Shown: positions 1 through 15,229 of the stretch, piece after piece | Layout of the letters: each line of letters begins with the position of its first letter | Numbering within the stretch: the first letter of the stretch is position 1 | Source of the DNA: Eledone cirrhosa | Taxonomy: Eukaryota | Length of the DNA: 64,000 nucleotides | Reading direction: 5' to 3' | Assembly (NCBI GenBank): GCA_964016885.1 | Contig: OZ024742.1 | Location: 275,652,001-275,716,000, forward strand | The notes under the pieces: generated by a model | Told to the model about the DNA's origin: nothing | The model's database searches: none | Seen by the model: the letters and a program-made list of their open reading frames with translations, nothing else | Position numbers and translations under genes: made by a program

Positions 1-872
1 AAGTTTCTAGTTGATAAGAAAATTAGGATGTGTGATTCAATCCGGAGTTATGTAAGAGGTGTTTCGAGACGTGTGGACAACGTGTGAAGAATTCATTTCT
101 CGTGTTTAGGCAATCACTATTGCATAATCTCTTTAGAATATTTATTCGTTCATCAATACATAGACCACACGACGAGTTTCCCCTTGCGTATGGCTTGGAC
201 TTAGTGATGGCTTTCCATTGAATGGAGTAGTCTATACTTGAGTCCTTGAGGGATCATACGTGGCTCGCGAGTTTCGTGGATGAACGTCTGTCCGGGTACC
301 TAAAGGTCGACTGGTGGTTCAGAAAGCGTTCCTTAAATCGGCCCTCTGCCATACCCACATAGGATTTGACCTCCTGTGGTTGATTTGGTCGGTTGGAAGT
401 GACCACAGCTTCATAAATTACAGCGGGTGCGTTGCATTGCTGTTGAAGGGGACAAGCTTCGGGATTACGGCAAGAGCACCCTGGTGGGGTGTTGCTCTTA
501 GGGCTGTTGGTGATGTGGGCCTTCATGTTCTTAGCGCAGGGGTATCCTAGTTTTACTTTGTGTCGGTTAAAGATGGAGCGGTATTTATGACCTATGGGAA
601 AGTGTCTATCTAAGAGAGCTAGAAATGTTTGCCTACATTAGTTTTAACGTTGAGTGAGAAGGGAGGAGAGAACCAGATAGTTTGTCTATTGTTACGCTTT
701 CTTTTCTTATTGCTGTTGTTGATAGTGTGAGAGTAAGTGATAGGTTGCGAGAAGCCGCTGTTAGCTAACGCCGTGTTATAGTAGGGTGCCGCCCTGTCAA
801 AGATAGCCTTATTAGAGGAGAGGTTTGAGATTCTAGTACTGATATTATTTACGAAGTTTCTAAAAACAGTGG
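1..872 (-). mobile_element. Penelope-like retroelement fragment (RT thumb/linker + GIY-YIG endonuclease), frameshifted
   Basis: ORF 254-526 has CSCRNPEACPL...VIYEAVV...YVGMAEGRFKERFLNHQSTF (GIY-YIG with Cys linker). Upstream minus-strand sequence reads like RISNLSSNKAIFDRAAPYYNTALANSGF, as in the PLE at 29232-31634. Confidence 0.85.
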
Positions 873-873
873 A

Positions 874-1289
874 CTATGTATTGATGAACGAATAAATATT
901 CTAAAGAGATTATGCAATAGTGATTGCCTAAACACGAGAAATGAATTCTTCACATATTGTCCACACGTCTCAAAACACCTGTTACATAACTACAAAGCTC
1001 CGGATTGAATCAGAACATCCTAATTTTCTTATCAACTAGAAACTTTTCGGACTTTCGCAGTTATCTCCCTTACACCTCTCGCACGCTTTTTAGTATCGTC
1101 TGTGTGAAGTAACGGTTTCTGCGCATGCGCGTTCGTACGGTTGTCCTTCCTGTTCCGTATAACCATGTCCATTACGAGCTGAGGATCCGCTAAGGTGAAA
1201 CAATTGTTCTCGGTATGGTGAACTAACTGTTGTGTAACCACTTCTAGCTAACTCGTCCTATGGACGGATATTACCTTCCAGTGTTCTAC

Positions 1290-1293
<4 letters not shown>
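874..1293 (+). mobile_element. Inverted 3' end/pLTR of the same PLE (874-1040 is the reverse complement of ~1-165), ending at (TA)n
   Basis: Direct comparison: ctatgtattgatgaacgaataaatattctaaagag... matches the revcomp of 130-163 onward. Carries a hammerhead motif. Confidence 0.75.
1175..1212 (+). ncRNA. Minimal type I hammerhead ribozyme
   Basis: cgag-CTGAGGA-tcc gctaa ggt-GAAA-caattg-TT-ctcg. Stem I cgag/ctcg, short stem II, palindromic stem III acaattgt. Confidence 0.75.

Positions 1294-1346
<53 letters not shown>
1293..1346. repeat. (TA)n microsatellite
   Basis: Seen directly. Confidence 0.95.
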
Positions 1347-1347
<1 letters not shown>

Positions 1348-1483
1348 TTAGGTTAGTAGGAGTTAGGTATTATATACCCGTGTCCCGACTTATCGTCCCC
1401 TACTTTTGCTCTTTACTCTCTCTACCCTTTGTTCTTGGGTGTTTGGTTGGTAGAGTCCATAACACCAATCAAACCCCTTTTAT

Positions 1484-1532
1484 AGCTCTGATGAATCCTA
1501 CGGTTACACGTAAGGAAGAAACATTGTTAGCC
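1484..1532 (+). ncRNA. Type I hammerhead ribozyme (PLE 3' end fragment 1347-1577 between microsatellites)
   Basis: agct-CTGATGA-a-tcctacg gttaca cgtaagga-a-GAAA-cattg-TT-agcc. Stem II well paired; stem I short. Confidence 0.65.
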
Positions 1533-1576
1533 AATAAAACTCTTTTGATGTTGTAGACGCTCTTGTGTTCTTTTTC

Positions 1577-1696
<120 letters not shown>

Positions 1697-1999
1697 ATGT
1701 AAAAGGTAAACAGAAATAACAACACAATCGGTACAGAATATGGAAGGTATATATTAGGTTAACGCTAGCTAATTTTCAGACTCCAATATATCCTATATTC
1801 CAAAGGATGGCTGTGGTAGTGATGAATATCCTGTTATGGCTTTTATAATTTTATCCGTGGTGTGCTCGCTTATATATACTCAGAACACACGTTGTTATAT
1901 ATATACACATGTATATTATCACAATAACAATATATGAGTATAATAATGTTCTATTCAATTACGTTATTCTTCAAATGCATCTGTACTTCGTACAATTCC

Positions 2000-2135
2000 T
2001 CACACTAACTTACTTAACTAATATATATACGGAGTTCAAATCCCGATTCCACAAACGCATGTGCTCCTTTGGACACAGAAGCAAGAGGTCCAACACTAGT
2101 CTTGCCCAGTGAGGACTGGAACTTCAAATTGAGAT
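2000..2135 (+). pseudogene. Short PLE GIY-YIG remnant
   Basis: EFKSRFHKRMCSFGHRSKRSNTSLAQ resembles FKARLYNHHSSFKYKLKRTNTALSE of the 29232-31634 protein. Confidence 0.5.
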
Positions 2136-2419
2136 GAAAAATTCTCCGTTTTTCGCCCACAATCCGGGGTTGGGGGCAGTGAAGTTTGTCGGCTCTGTAT
2201 CTGTGAGAGTGTGGAGGTTCGAAAGCTAAACGGGTTGGCGATCAACTCTAGGTTCGATCCTGTGTAATTGTATGCATCGAAGGAAACATCTGTTCGCTCA
2301 TTTCGCAGGTGTGCGCACCGCGAGGGGTCAATGTCTTACTTAGGAGGCTACCACCATGTCATGCCATGGTAACCCCATTACTCGTCTCAAAACACAAACA
2401 CTCCCTTTTCTTGCATTTT

Positions 2420-3076
<657 letters not shown>

Positions 3077-3077
<1 letters not shown>

Positions 3078-4200
3078 TAGGGTTATGACGTTTTGACTTT
3101 TCGTAAAATAATTGATTTCCTGTATCATAATTTGCACTTTTGTTTACAAATAATGTAGAAATAAGTCAATTTGTTTATTTAAAAAAAAGATGTCACCACC
3201 AACACAAAATTTCTAAAATCATATATAAGTATGATAGTACCATGACTTTCTGAAGTCTTTTCTAAGTTTTTGGAGCTTTCTAGAAATTTCTGAAAATTTA
3301 TGACGTGAATTTTGTATAAGTCTGGGCACTGGTTGGGTTCTCATTTACATAGAGCAAATGGGAAAAGTGTTTGTGTTTATGATCAAATGTTTTTCTTTCT
3401 TTCAGAGTATACAAGCTTCCTAATTGAGAAAGAAAGCTAATGGTTTGTTGAAAGATTTCCAAATATTCATTTTAAAGCATAATGTTTCATAAAAGAAACT
3501 GGTTCTACCACAGAAAGAAACAAAAAGATTGGGATGAAGAATCTCATAAGATTTCAAGAATCACATTAGAAAAGAAGAACTATTCCACGATAAGAACAAT
3601 CACTGGAAAACAACCACTCAAAATACAAATCGTTAGTCACTATCTATTCCTTGGAGCATCAATCAAGGGAAGGAAAGACCGTATAAAAGAAATCGCTAAA
3701 AAAGTAACAAGTATATGGTAAATCAAAGTAAGTTTCCTAAATTTATCAACTCAAGACGTACAAGAAAAACTGGATCAAGTGTTAAACACCTACGATGAAT
3801 ATGTGAAACGAGGAAAACAGGATGCATTGAATGAAATTTTTGACATCACATAAGAAAATGGAGAATGAGTGTGTAGTGAGGACAAACGATTATAAAACCT
3901 TCAGATCGAAAAGCAAAGGTCATGTTGGATATACGACTAGAAAGACTTTGTGTTCCAAAAACTATTCAACCATTCAAAAGAGGAAACGTGAAATTGGAGC
4001 TAAATAAAACAATAGTAACAACAACAACAACGTCAACTTCCGAATCAGAGACCCAATTAGAGAGTGAATATGAGGAATCCGAAAGTTCTGCAGAACAATT
4101 TACAAGAAAACGAAAGAAGTATAGCAAAACTAAAACTGCACCCAAATTAGATTTTATAACTGGCCAAAATTCCACACTTGAAACACATTTATCAGCGGTA
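3077..4200 (+). mobile_element. Putative decayed DNA-transposase remnant (possibly hAT/hATm-like N-terminal region)
   Basis: A broken reading frame gives IKEIAKKVTSIW...VQEKLDQVLNTY...NEIFDI...EDKRL.NLQ, followed by an acidic S/E/T tract. The family assignment is from memory only. Confidence 0.3.
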
Positions 4201-5074
4201 TTCAATGTAGATCAGCTCTTCCAGAGCAATCCTACATAGTATTGAGCAGCAGTCTCTATTCAATGCAAGCGAAGTTGACTACTATCACACATATAAGTAA
4301 TAGCAGGTATATAATCCTGATATAACAACTTAACCTTTAGAAAATGAGAACAGATGGGATAATGCTTTACAGGATGCCTATGTCAATTGTTACACCACGA
4401 AGCAACTAGGAGTCTGAGAGAAATGACGGGCATATACCCCTTCAATTATACTACATCAATATAAAAACAAACATTTGCTCAAACTGAAAAATACACAGAT
4501 AAAACGATATCAATGAGATCATAGATACGTAATATCTCATTTCAGTCATGAAAATGGGATGATCATGACTAGAAAGACTTTAATCATTGTCCTTCTCAGT
4601 GAAGGCTGGTTAGGAGCCAAATAACGAGAAGAATGATTAGAGCTGTTATCTTAGCATATTGGTCTCGATATAAATAAATATGATAATTAAGAATGAGATG
4701 AAAGGATACGAACCCATTCTGATTTGATCCATTTATACATGCAATTAAAATAGAGAGGGGTAGGGCGAGAGAGAGCGGGAGAAGAAAAGAAAAATCGACC
4801 TCTGTTATTGTCAGTGGAATTTGAACCAGAAGAGCAGGACATTCTCTCCAACGCACTAACAACTCTGAAGATATGAATCGAGAAATATTTCGTCTGACGT
4901 GAAATGATAACTATAAAAGAATTAAAGTAACATCTGGTAAATAAACAAAAAAATTTAAGCCTAAAATGGAAAAAAAGAAGATTGCCTGTAACAAGCATTT
5001 CATATAAAGACGAGAGATTTTCCCCCAGAAATCAATCAATCTCCCCATCCATCCAGCCCCCTCTCTTTCTCTCT

Positions 5075-6155
<1,081 letters not shown>

Positions 6156-6180
<25 letters not shown>

Positions 6181-6254
6181 AGGTGAATTTGTAAGCTAAT
6201 TCACCTCTAGAGGTGAATTTGTAAGCTAATTCACCTCTAGAGGTGAATTAGCTT
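6156..6254. repeat. About 3 x 30-bp tandem repeat ending in a perfect 32-bp palindrome (6223-6254)
   Basis: Unit aatttgtaagctaattcacctctagaggtg; aagctaattcacctctagaggtgaattagctt is its own reverse complement. Confidence 0.9.
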
Positions 6255-7334
6255 CCTGGTCCTATTCTTGCGGGGTTGTTGGGTGTCCGCTGTGGGCCAT
6301 TGCGTGATTGTGCACAGCTCAGGTCGAGCTCGGTTGGTGTCACTCGGGTGTGCGGAGCGGTCACTATCATGAGGGTTATATGGGCCCACCGTGGGGCTAT
6401 AAATCTGCGAGGTGCGGCCTCCCTGCTCAATTAGGGTTCGGCGGGTGGTGGGGCCGGTGCAGGGGTGCCTATGCTCCGCAGCACAGTGGTCTTCAGCGTT
6501 GTAGGTATTAGACCGGTGGGGTATGCGGGACCTTCTACCGGGGGTGGTGACGGATAGGGGTCTGGGAGTGTTACTACTGGTCACCAAGGTATTAGGTGGG
6601 CAACTCATGCCCCTGAGGGTATTGGTCCGGGGTACCCTTGGGTCATCTCGATCATGTCCCTTAGGGTTATAGCTGATCCTATGGCTGTGGGACGCCTTAG
6701 CTAGCGCTGAGTTATAGTAATCAGCGTTACTATTGAAGATCTCTTTATTGGCCGACAAGTTAGAGATCCTGTCAGAGACACTCTTAACTACGGCCTTAAC
6801 CATAGATCTAGGGTGATTAGACCCAGCGTTGATATACACCAGCTTCTCATTGGGTTTATGATATGGGTGGTGTAGCTTGGTGTTGAGGTTGAGGGTGGTG
6901 TCCAGGAAATTCACTACTTTTCTATTGGGTTCCATCTCTACCTTAAGTCCTACCTTGCTAAAGAAGTGCCTAATTCTCCTCTTCATATTTTCGACCATTG
7001 TGGTGCTGTGGTCCACTACGATGAAGAGTGTGTCGTCTCGGTACAGCCCGCCACCCAGGTTGGGTATTTCTCTACTGATCTCGTAGAGTATGTATATCCC
7101 AACCAAGTCCGTTAGCTGCGCGGAGTCACTGGAGCCCATTGTAATGTCAAAGTTATTTGGCCAGTCGCTCCGGGTCCATATGTCCCCACCGAATCGGATC
7201 AGGGTCTTTCTGGCGGCGTGTTTGATTCGGACCTCGTCGCATGTTAGGTCTGTCCTATTCATCGCGAATATGAGTGCCTTGTTCAGGACTATGGGCAAGA
7301 TAGAGGAGTAGTAATTGTTGATGTCTAGTTGCAT
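6237..7334 (-). mobile_element. Penelope-like reverse transcriptase fragment (365 aa), 5'-truncated at a TA-rich tract
   Basis: QLDINNYYSSI, FDITMGSSDSAQLTDLVG, GGLYRDD, VNFLDTTLNL, YINAGSNHP: PLE RT motifs, clearly homologous to 29730-31634. Confidence 0.92.
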
Positions 7335-7448
7335 ATATTAATACATACATACAGTATATATATATATTTATATATAACCAAAGGTTAATATGGTTCGTTA
7401 ATTATTCAACGAATACAATTTTACAATAGATTAGAAGCACTCGACAGT

Positions 7449-7562
7449 ATACATATATATATATACATATATATACATATATATAAACATACATATATAT
7501 ATATATACAATCATATATATATATATACATACATATATATATATACATACATATGTATATAC

Positions 7563-7658
<96 letters not shown>

Positions 7659-7668
7659 AAATATATAT
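7449..7668. repeat. (TA)n/(TACA) microsatellite
   Basis: Seen directly. Confidence 0.95.
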
Positions 7669-7958
7669 AGAGAGATTTATTTGTTTGTTTTTTGTGGAAT
7701 CTTTATTGTCGATGTAGAATGAATTTGACGGCTAAGATAAGTTTTTCAAATAATGTTTTTACTCTCGATGCGTGACAAGAAAAAATTAGTCCTTTTACAG
7801 CCTGCCAAATCTTTTCCGTTCGTGTTCGTTGGATAGGTAAAGAAGTATGAAGGTGAAAAATCAGACTTATTTGTGCGGAGAAAGTATAAAACGAATTATA
7901 ATTGATATTTGACAGGATTCCTGTCTAGTTGTATGAAATATATTTACGAGTATTTGAA

Positions 7959-8086
<128 letters not shown>

Positions 8087-9621
8087 CGCAGATATAGTTG
8101 TGAGTGAGGGAGGGAATAAGTGAGAAATAAAGTGAGAAAGACAAGGAATCAGAGAGAAAGTGAGATAAAGAGCCAGAAGAGATAAATAAAGAAAGTGAGA
8201 GAGAGAGAGGAGTGATAGAGAAAGAACAATAGAAAGAGATTAAGATGATGGAAGATACATAGTCAGAGACAAATAGAGAGGGAGAGAGATAAAATGAAAT
8301 AAAGATGCATATAGTAACCTATCTTATATTGAAATAATTCCCGACCAATGTCGAATCTTGCTGTGAATGTATGTTTTTCAGTAAGCTAAAAGAATGGTTT
8401 AAAGCAAATCACGTAAACATTTGAATTTGATTTAGCACATAGACATAGGAGAGGAAATTGAACATTTAAACAGCTGATAGTTGCATAGCATAAGGATCTA
8501 TACGCCGGTAATATAAGTTTCTAAAAATGTAATATTAACGGTAATACTTAAAAGATTAAAAGAAGAATGAAATGACATTGATGAATTTTAAGGAAGGAAA
8601 AAAGAAGAAAATTAAATACCTTTTCAATTACCTGCTCCTTTCGTCCCGACTACTGTGATTGTGTTTTCCTTCATGAGAAATTTATTTTTGCACTGTAGGA
8701 AATTAATTTTAGTGAAAACACCTGTTTATCGTTATATGAAGATTGTTGGTTCGGTAGATATTTATAAATGTGAAATTGTGTGACAGTTTAGCTAAGTAGC
8801 TATCTTTGAGAAGTCTAACTGAAATGATGTATAGGAATCCTTTCGATTCTAGAGGAGTGAGTTATAATTCTGGGAAATTTGATTGGCTGAATCATGGGAA
8901 AAGCATCATCCTCAAGATTGTATTTAAACATGTTGATAAGAAACGTCTTCGGTAATTATAGAAGAATCTTCAAACTGTCAAATTGTACGCTAAAATCTAC
9001 TTCACTAGGAAATGTATATATAGTATCTGCAATAGTTTCTTTAATCACACTGCCGATTCAGCTTTGAAAAAAGTAAGTATTGTAGACATAGCCGTCCGTT
9101 AGAAAGGTGTAAAGAACACTGAACTGAATATGAAATTGGCCAAGGCGATGTAATAACTGAATGGCTAGAGCAGATGTTTGCAAAAATCACAGGCTTGACC
9201 AAAAGAAATGAATAAAATAAATCAAAACACTTGCATGGCGACACAAAATGCAGGAAAATAATATATATGGTATTTCTTCTGTCTTTCAGAGTTCCGAGGT
9301 CAGCTTCGCCTTTCATCTTACCGAGATCATGAAATGAATTATCAGTTATATGCTGTGAGTTATAATCATTCACTATCTCTATCTTTCAGTAGAGGCAACA
9401 ATGTTCCCACAGAAAGGTCGCCGGAGACATCAATAACTCTCTCCAGAATTGGAGAAAGGTTGACACATATGCTAATGAAGACTTGTTACATAAAAGTGAT
9501 ATGGTCGTGAGACTGACCAGAGTAGAACAGATGTAGTTTATTGTACGAAAAGAAAATACAATGAAAAAAGAGAATAACACGAAAAATAAAAAAAGCAACT
9601 GCAAAAAATACTACTACTACA

Positions 9622-11250
9622 AATAATAATAATAATAATAATAATAATGATAATAATGATTTCTTTATTAATCACAAGGGTGTACATAAAGTAGACATTA
9701 AGGACAGTACAGGACAATATAGGACAGTACAAATGGGCATTTCTGCGTGTAAAAAAAAACAGAGGATGTAATAAAAAATAACAATGAAAAATTCCCCAAT
9801 AGGGGGGAGACTTCCGAGGGACATTTGTGGAGAAAGCCCATTAAAAGGCCACAGTGACCCTGACCACCAGGGCAAGTGCCCTCTCCCAGTTTTCCACCTT
9901 TAATTTACAGACACATACTCAGAGAAGGCCCATTCATTCGGGCCATACTTGCTTCTCTCACCCATCTTTCAACAAAATGCTGGGAAGAGAGCACTTCCCT
10001 CTCTACCCTGATTTTCCTTTTCAAATGAAATTTGAAAAAAGTTAATCAGGGCATCACCGAAGAGGTAAGTGCTCGTCTTCAGCCCTTTCAAACGTGTCCA
10101 CCATACTATCTCTTTCGCCATGGCCACCAGACAGATAAAAACTGCCTGCCCTTCCCGGCTAAAGTAAGAGGGTGGGGCAATCCTCACGATGAACTCAGCT
10201 GATAGCTGGATCCGTCCTACACGTGACAGCAGGTGTTCGACATAAACCCACAAGTCAGCAAAGCTCAGACACTGGACGAGTGCGTGCAGGACGGTTTCAT
10301 CGCCCTGCGCGCATCTCGGACATGCCCGGCTGATGGCCCCTCCATGCCTATAGAGTTTATCCCGAACTGGCAAAGCTCCTCGGTAGCACTGCCAGGCCAG
10401 GGATTTCTGGAAGTTGTCCATAGGCCTCGGCCCGAAAGTTCTTCCGAAGAGATTGGCTAGTTGATTTTCGTCGACGCCTAGAGTTTCCCCAAGTACGTCG
10501 TCGCTCTTCCCCTCCACTAATCCTCTATAGAACGCCAAGGTGGAGTTTCCACCCATCACATTGCCCGATTGGTCGAGGGCTGTGAGTACCTGAAGACATT
10601 CCAGTCTCCAAGCGCTCCCTCTCGGTCTTCGCTTGACTCAGGACTGCAGCTCCGTCAATGAGACCAGCCGGGGAAAGACGCGTCTAGCAAACGGTGACCA
10701 CACCTGATCACCGTCGAGGAAGAGGTGGAGATGTCGTAGCCTGAGCGCATGTCTGCGCATCATCAGCCACGGCATGACCAGCTCTCTACGTAGCGGGTGT
10801 TGACAGCAGATGGTCCGCCTGATCATCGGAGCGCGTCCCTTCCACAAAAAGCGAAAGAGCAAACGTTCCAGCGCAGTCAGGCGGGGCTTAGGACAAGGTA
10901 CGACGGTCAGGCGGTAGCAGATGACGGACGCGATGTACGCGTTAGCCACCTCCGCTCGACCTTTCAGGGATAGCTTCCCATTTCTGGGTGAGAGAAGCCA
11001 CCCTGCTCATCACCTCGTCCCAGTTTTTGTCCGTTTGGAGGTCCGGACCGAACCAGACCCCTAGCAATTTAACCGGTCCGTCCGTCCAGCGCCCGACGAC
11101 GCTGTTGGACGACATGAACCTGCCTCTCCAGGTGCCGAGCTGCAGGCCCACTGACTTTTCCTGGTTGATCATTGCTTCTGTCACCGCTTCGTATTCTCTT
11201 ACTGTAGTGCCGATCGCCTCGATGTTTTTGGCGTTCAACAAACACAGAAG
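9622..11250 (-). mobile_element. Tx1/L1-clade LINE 3' portion (end of RT, zf-RVT, 3'UTR, AATAAA and (ATT)n tail), decayed
   Basis: ORFs 10942-11310 (INQEKSVGLQLGTW...VKLLGVWFG), 10638-10949 and 9969-10559 (LPVRDKLYRHG...CPRCAQGDETVLHALVQC). Tail at 9622-9670. Confidence 0.88.
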
Positions 11251-11254
11251 ACCA

Positions 11255-14200
11255 TTCCACGGTGCGTAGGAGGGCAACGTTCGTGGCACCCGTGCCAAGA
11301 CCACGGACAACTAAAACAGCAGCAGTAGTGGCGGCAACACCAGTAGCTACATTTGCAGTAGCTGCACCAGCACCAAAATCGCCGTAGAGAGCTCCACTAC
11401 AACCACCAACAGCCGTGGAGCACATACGCACCCAGATGCCACGGAATCCGACATGGAGTCTGGGGCGGGAGTGAAGTGGCAAACGGTCTGCCACAAATAA
11501 AAACCCAAAAAAAACCTTAGCTTCACCCTCCAAGAACGAAGGCAAACAAAGAGGGGTAAATACTGCAAGGCGACTCACAGCAACGCCAACACCATCACCA
11601 CCAACAACCACCACATCACCACCACCAGCATCACCACAAACATCAACATCGCAAACACAAGACAAACATACCCGACAGCAGCAAAAAGAAAACATAACCA
11701 CCACCACCACCACCCCCCCCCCATCTCCCCCATAAAAAAAACATTACACAGCCATAAACATGGCAAATAAAGAACTCTTAGAACATATAAAGCAGCACAC
11801 AGACATTACGGACAAAAATTACTACACCCCACCAACACCAAGAACTCTCCCGAAAAATATAAACATTATTGAAATTAAAATAGGACATTATAAACATTTA
11901 AAAGAAAAATTCTGCAACGCAGTTGGAGACTTCAGAGGGTCGGTAACCAAGAGGATATACACCGACATCATCTTGGAGAAACCCATGACCAGCCAAAGGG
12001 ACGGTTCAACTGTCCCTTTCCCACACGATCAGGTAGGTGATCCTTTCTCACTTACTCCATTCCTCACCCAACATGGCCTTACATAGATTAGGCAGTATAA
12101 ATATACGTGGCCTGGGGTCACCTGCCTAACGGTTTCATGTCACTAAACATGGATGTGGTGACCATCAGCAAGAGCAGAATTTCCGATCACGAGACTTCGC
12201 ACCGATCTTCGGCGGCTACGATGTATATGCATCTGCCAGCTGTTCGGGGGTGGGGGCGGAGTTTCCGTGCTTTTTCGGAGAGGCTTGGATCTCGCCATAC
12301 GGGCCATCGTTCTGAACACAGAAGATAAGTCGGTGATGCTGGACGTGACAGGCAGCGAATGCAATGCTTTCAGACTAGTATCCGTCTACGCCCCAAAAGG
12401 GGCAGGACGGCCAGATTTCTTCAGACGTCTAGAGACCTTTCTTGGAATGTCCTGCTCTTTAGTGTTAGTGGGTGACTGGAACGGTATCTTAGATGCACGC
12501 TGGGATTATGTGGGGCTAGTAAATAAGGGAGGAGGATGTAAAGGCCTCACCAACCTGCTCAGACGTTTTCAACTGGCTGACAGGTATCGACTGGATTATC
12601 CGAATGTGCCAATGTGGACATGGGCAAACTGCATCGGGTCATCCATATCGTATCTAGATAGGGTATTGTGTAGGGAAACAGATAAGGCTCGCGTAGGTTG
12701 TCTCCAATTTAAATTAGTTGGCTACTCGGACCACAAATTTGTGATCTGTGAAGTCGACTTAGATAGACTTCATAGGCAAGGACCCGGTTACTGGAAGCTG
12801 AACGCGTCTTTCCCGGCGCGCAAAGCTTACTGAGACCGGATAAGCGAATTAATTAAGCGTGCGTTGACAGGTGCGATCGTCAACAACAGGTGGTGGTTTA
12901 CCCTGAAAAGCGCCATTAGAGTAGAATCAATAAGGTTTAGCAAAGGAGTAAAGATAGACGAAAATAAAGAGAGCTAGTTAGAAAGCTAGAAGAGGCGTTT
13001 AGGACAGGCATCCGACAGGCATCCGACATGCTTGGGGCAAGGTTGGCACTCGACCAATTCTTCAATGCAAAGCACAAAGGCTGCGTTGTCAGAGCTAGAG
13101 CGCGTGCTCTGAGACAACAGGGGACAAAAGCTGTCCAATGGGTCCGAGTGGTGGAGGCGCGATATGGCAACAAACCCATAATTCAATCCTTGCTTGACCA
13201 AAACGGGCACATGTTATTCGAACCCGAGCAGATGTGTGAGACTTTTCAGCAGCACTTTGCTCAAATGTTTGGGAGCGGCGCCGGGCCAGATCGGAGTATG
13301 AACTTCAGTGCATACCTCGAGGGACTGCCGAAGCTCTCGACGACCGCAGTGCAGTATTGCGAAAAGCCGTAACAGCAGATGAAATACGGGAAGCGATGTC
13401 TGACTGCCCGAGGGGTACATCGCCAGGTTTGGATGGTCTGCCCTACGAGCTTTATGCGTACATGCCAGATTTGTTCGGCGACCTCTTGGCAGACGTCTAC
13501 TGCAACTGGCGGCAGAACGGGTGCATTCCCAGTTTTGTGGCCGGGGAGCGGTGGCGCTGTTGAGAAAAGACCCGAGCAAAGGGGACGTTATAGACAACTT
13601 CAAGCCCATAACTCTGTTAGACACAGACTTCAAGATTTTGGCCAAGGTGTTAGCAACGAGATTGGCGCTTGTCGTCGGTAATCTGGTAGGAGAGGCGCAG
13701 ACATGCGCCATTCCAGACAGATCCATCCACGACAACCTCACCTCATGCACTACATCATAGAGAGAGTGGTTAAGGAACCTGGCACGGGTGGGGCCCTGAT
13801 CAACTTAGATCAATCTAAGGCATTTGATGGGGTCGACCATCGGTACCTGGCGGCGGTCCTCGGGGCGGGTGGTTTCGGGCCCATTTTCAGGGGTTGGATC
13901 GCTGGGATGCACAGCCACATCTGTTCAGTAATGAAGGTGAACGGTCATCTGTCACAGCCGTTCAGCATCATGCGCTCGGTCCTTCAGGGTTGTCCCCTCT
14001 CGTCACTCTCGTACGTATTGGCCCTCGAGCCGTTACTGCACAAACTGGAGGCGATGAGAGACGTCCCACAAGAACTAGGATGTGGGAGATCCGTATCGGC
14101 TTACGCCGATGACGTCACCGTGGTTTTGTCAAGCGCCGGACATGTTCAGATGCTCGGCACCGCTCTCAAGGAATATGAAGCAGTGACAGGAACAAAGATA

Positions 14201-15220
14201 AACCAGGAAAAGTCGGTCGTCTTGCAGCTCGGCATCTGCAGAGGCAAATTCATGCCGCCCGACAGCGTCGTGGGGCGCTGGATGGAAGGACCGGTTAAAT
14301 TGCTCGGGGTCTGGGTCGGTCCGGACCTCCAGATGGGCCGAGAGGAAGCTGTCCCTAAAAGGTCGGGCAGAGGTGGCGAATGCGTTCATCGCATCCTTCA
14401 TCTGCTACCGCCTAACCGTTGTGCCTTGCGTCGGCCCAAATCTGACAAAAATGGAGCGCCTCCTCTTCCGCTTTTTATGGAAGGGACGTGCTCCCATGGT
14501 CAGACGATCCATCTGTTGCGTGGAGGGCTGGGCACGCCGCGGCTGATGATTCGCAATCACGCGCTGAGGCTGCGACTTCTCTGGTGCTTCCTTGACGGAG
14601 AACAGTTGTGGTCACCATTTGCCAGACGTGTTTTCCCCAGGTCGTCTCATTAACGGAGCTGCAGTCCTGGATCAGAAAAAGACCGAGAGATAGCGCTTGG
14701 AAGCTTGAATGTCTCCAAGCGTTCGCAGCCTTCTACTAGCTGGACACTAGTATGGGTGGAATATCCACCTCGGCGTTGTATAGAGGACTAGTGAAGGGGA
14801 AGAAAGACGCCGTTCTCGGGGAGACTGTTCGCTCTCTTCAAGAGAACTTTCAGCCCGGGACCTATGGACAACTTCCAAAAATCCCTGGCCAGTCAGTGCT
14901 ACCGGGGAGCTTTGCCGGTTCGAGATAAGCTCTACAGGCACGAAAGTGCCGTCAGCCGAACCTGTCCGAGATGCGCACAGAGGGACGAAACCGTTGTGCA
15001 CGGACTCGTTCAGTGTCCGAACATTACTGACTTGTGGAGCTATGTCGAACATTTGCTGTCACGTGTAGGACGGATCCGGTTATCGACTAAGTCTATTGTG
15101 CAGATAGCCCTCACCGTCCTCCTTTAAGGAGGAGTAAGGGCAGGCAGTTTTCATCTGCCTGGTGGCCATGGCGAAAGAGATTGTGTAGTGGACAAGGTTG
15201 AAAGGATTGAAGACTGACAC
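11255..15220 (+). mobile_element. Tx1/L1-clade LINE, ORF1 remnant + frameshifted ORF2 (APE endonuclease, RT, zf-RVT)
   Basis: LVSVYAP...LVGDWN...YLDRVL...SDHK...GYWKLN (APE). SPGLDGLPYE, FKPITLLDTDFKILAK, LDQSKAFD, VLQGCPLS, AYADDV (RT). CPRC...ETVVH (zf-RVT). Confidence 0.92.
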
Positions 15221-15229
15221 GTCTGCAAT

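Noticed and set aside
11069-11766. Hydrophobic Val/Gly-rich minus-strand ORFs
   Set aside because: Antisense reading of the CAA/CAC-rich low-complexity ORF1 region of the Tx1 LINE.
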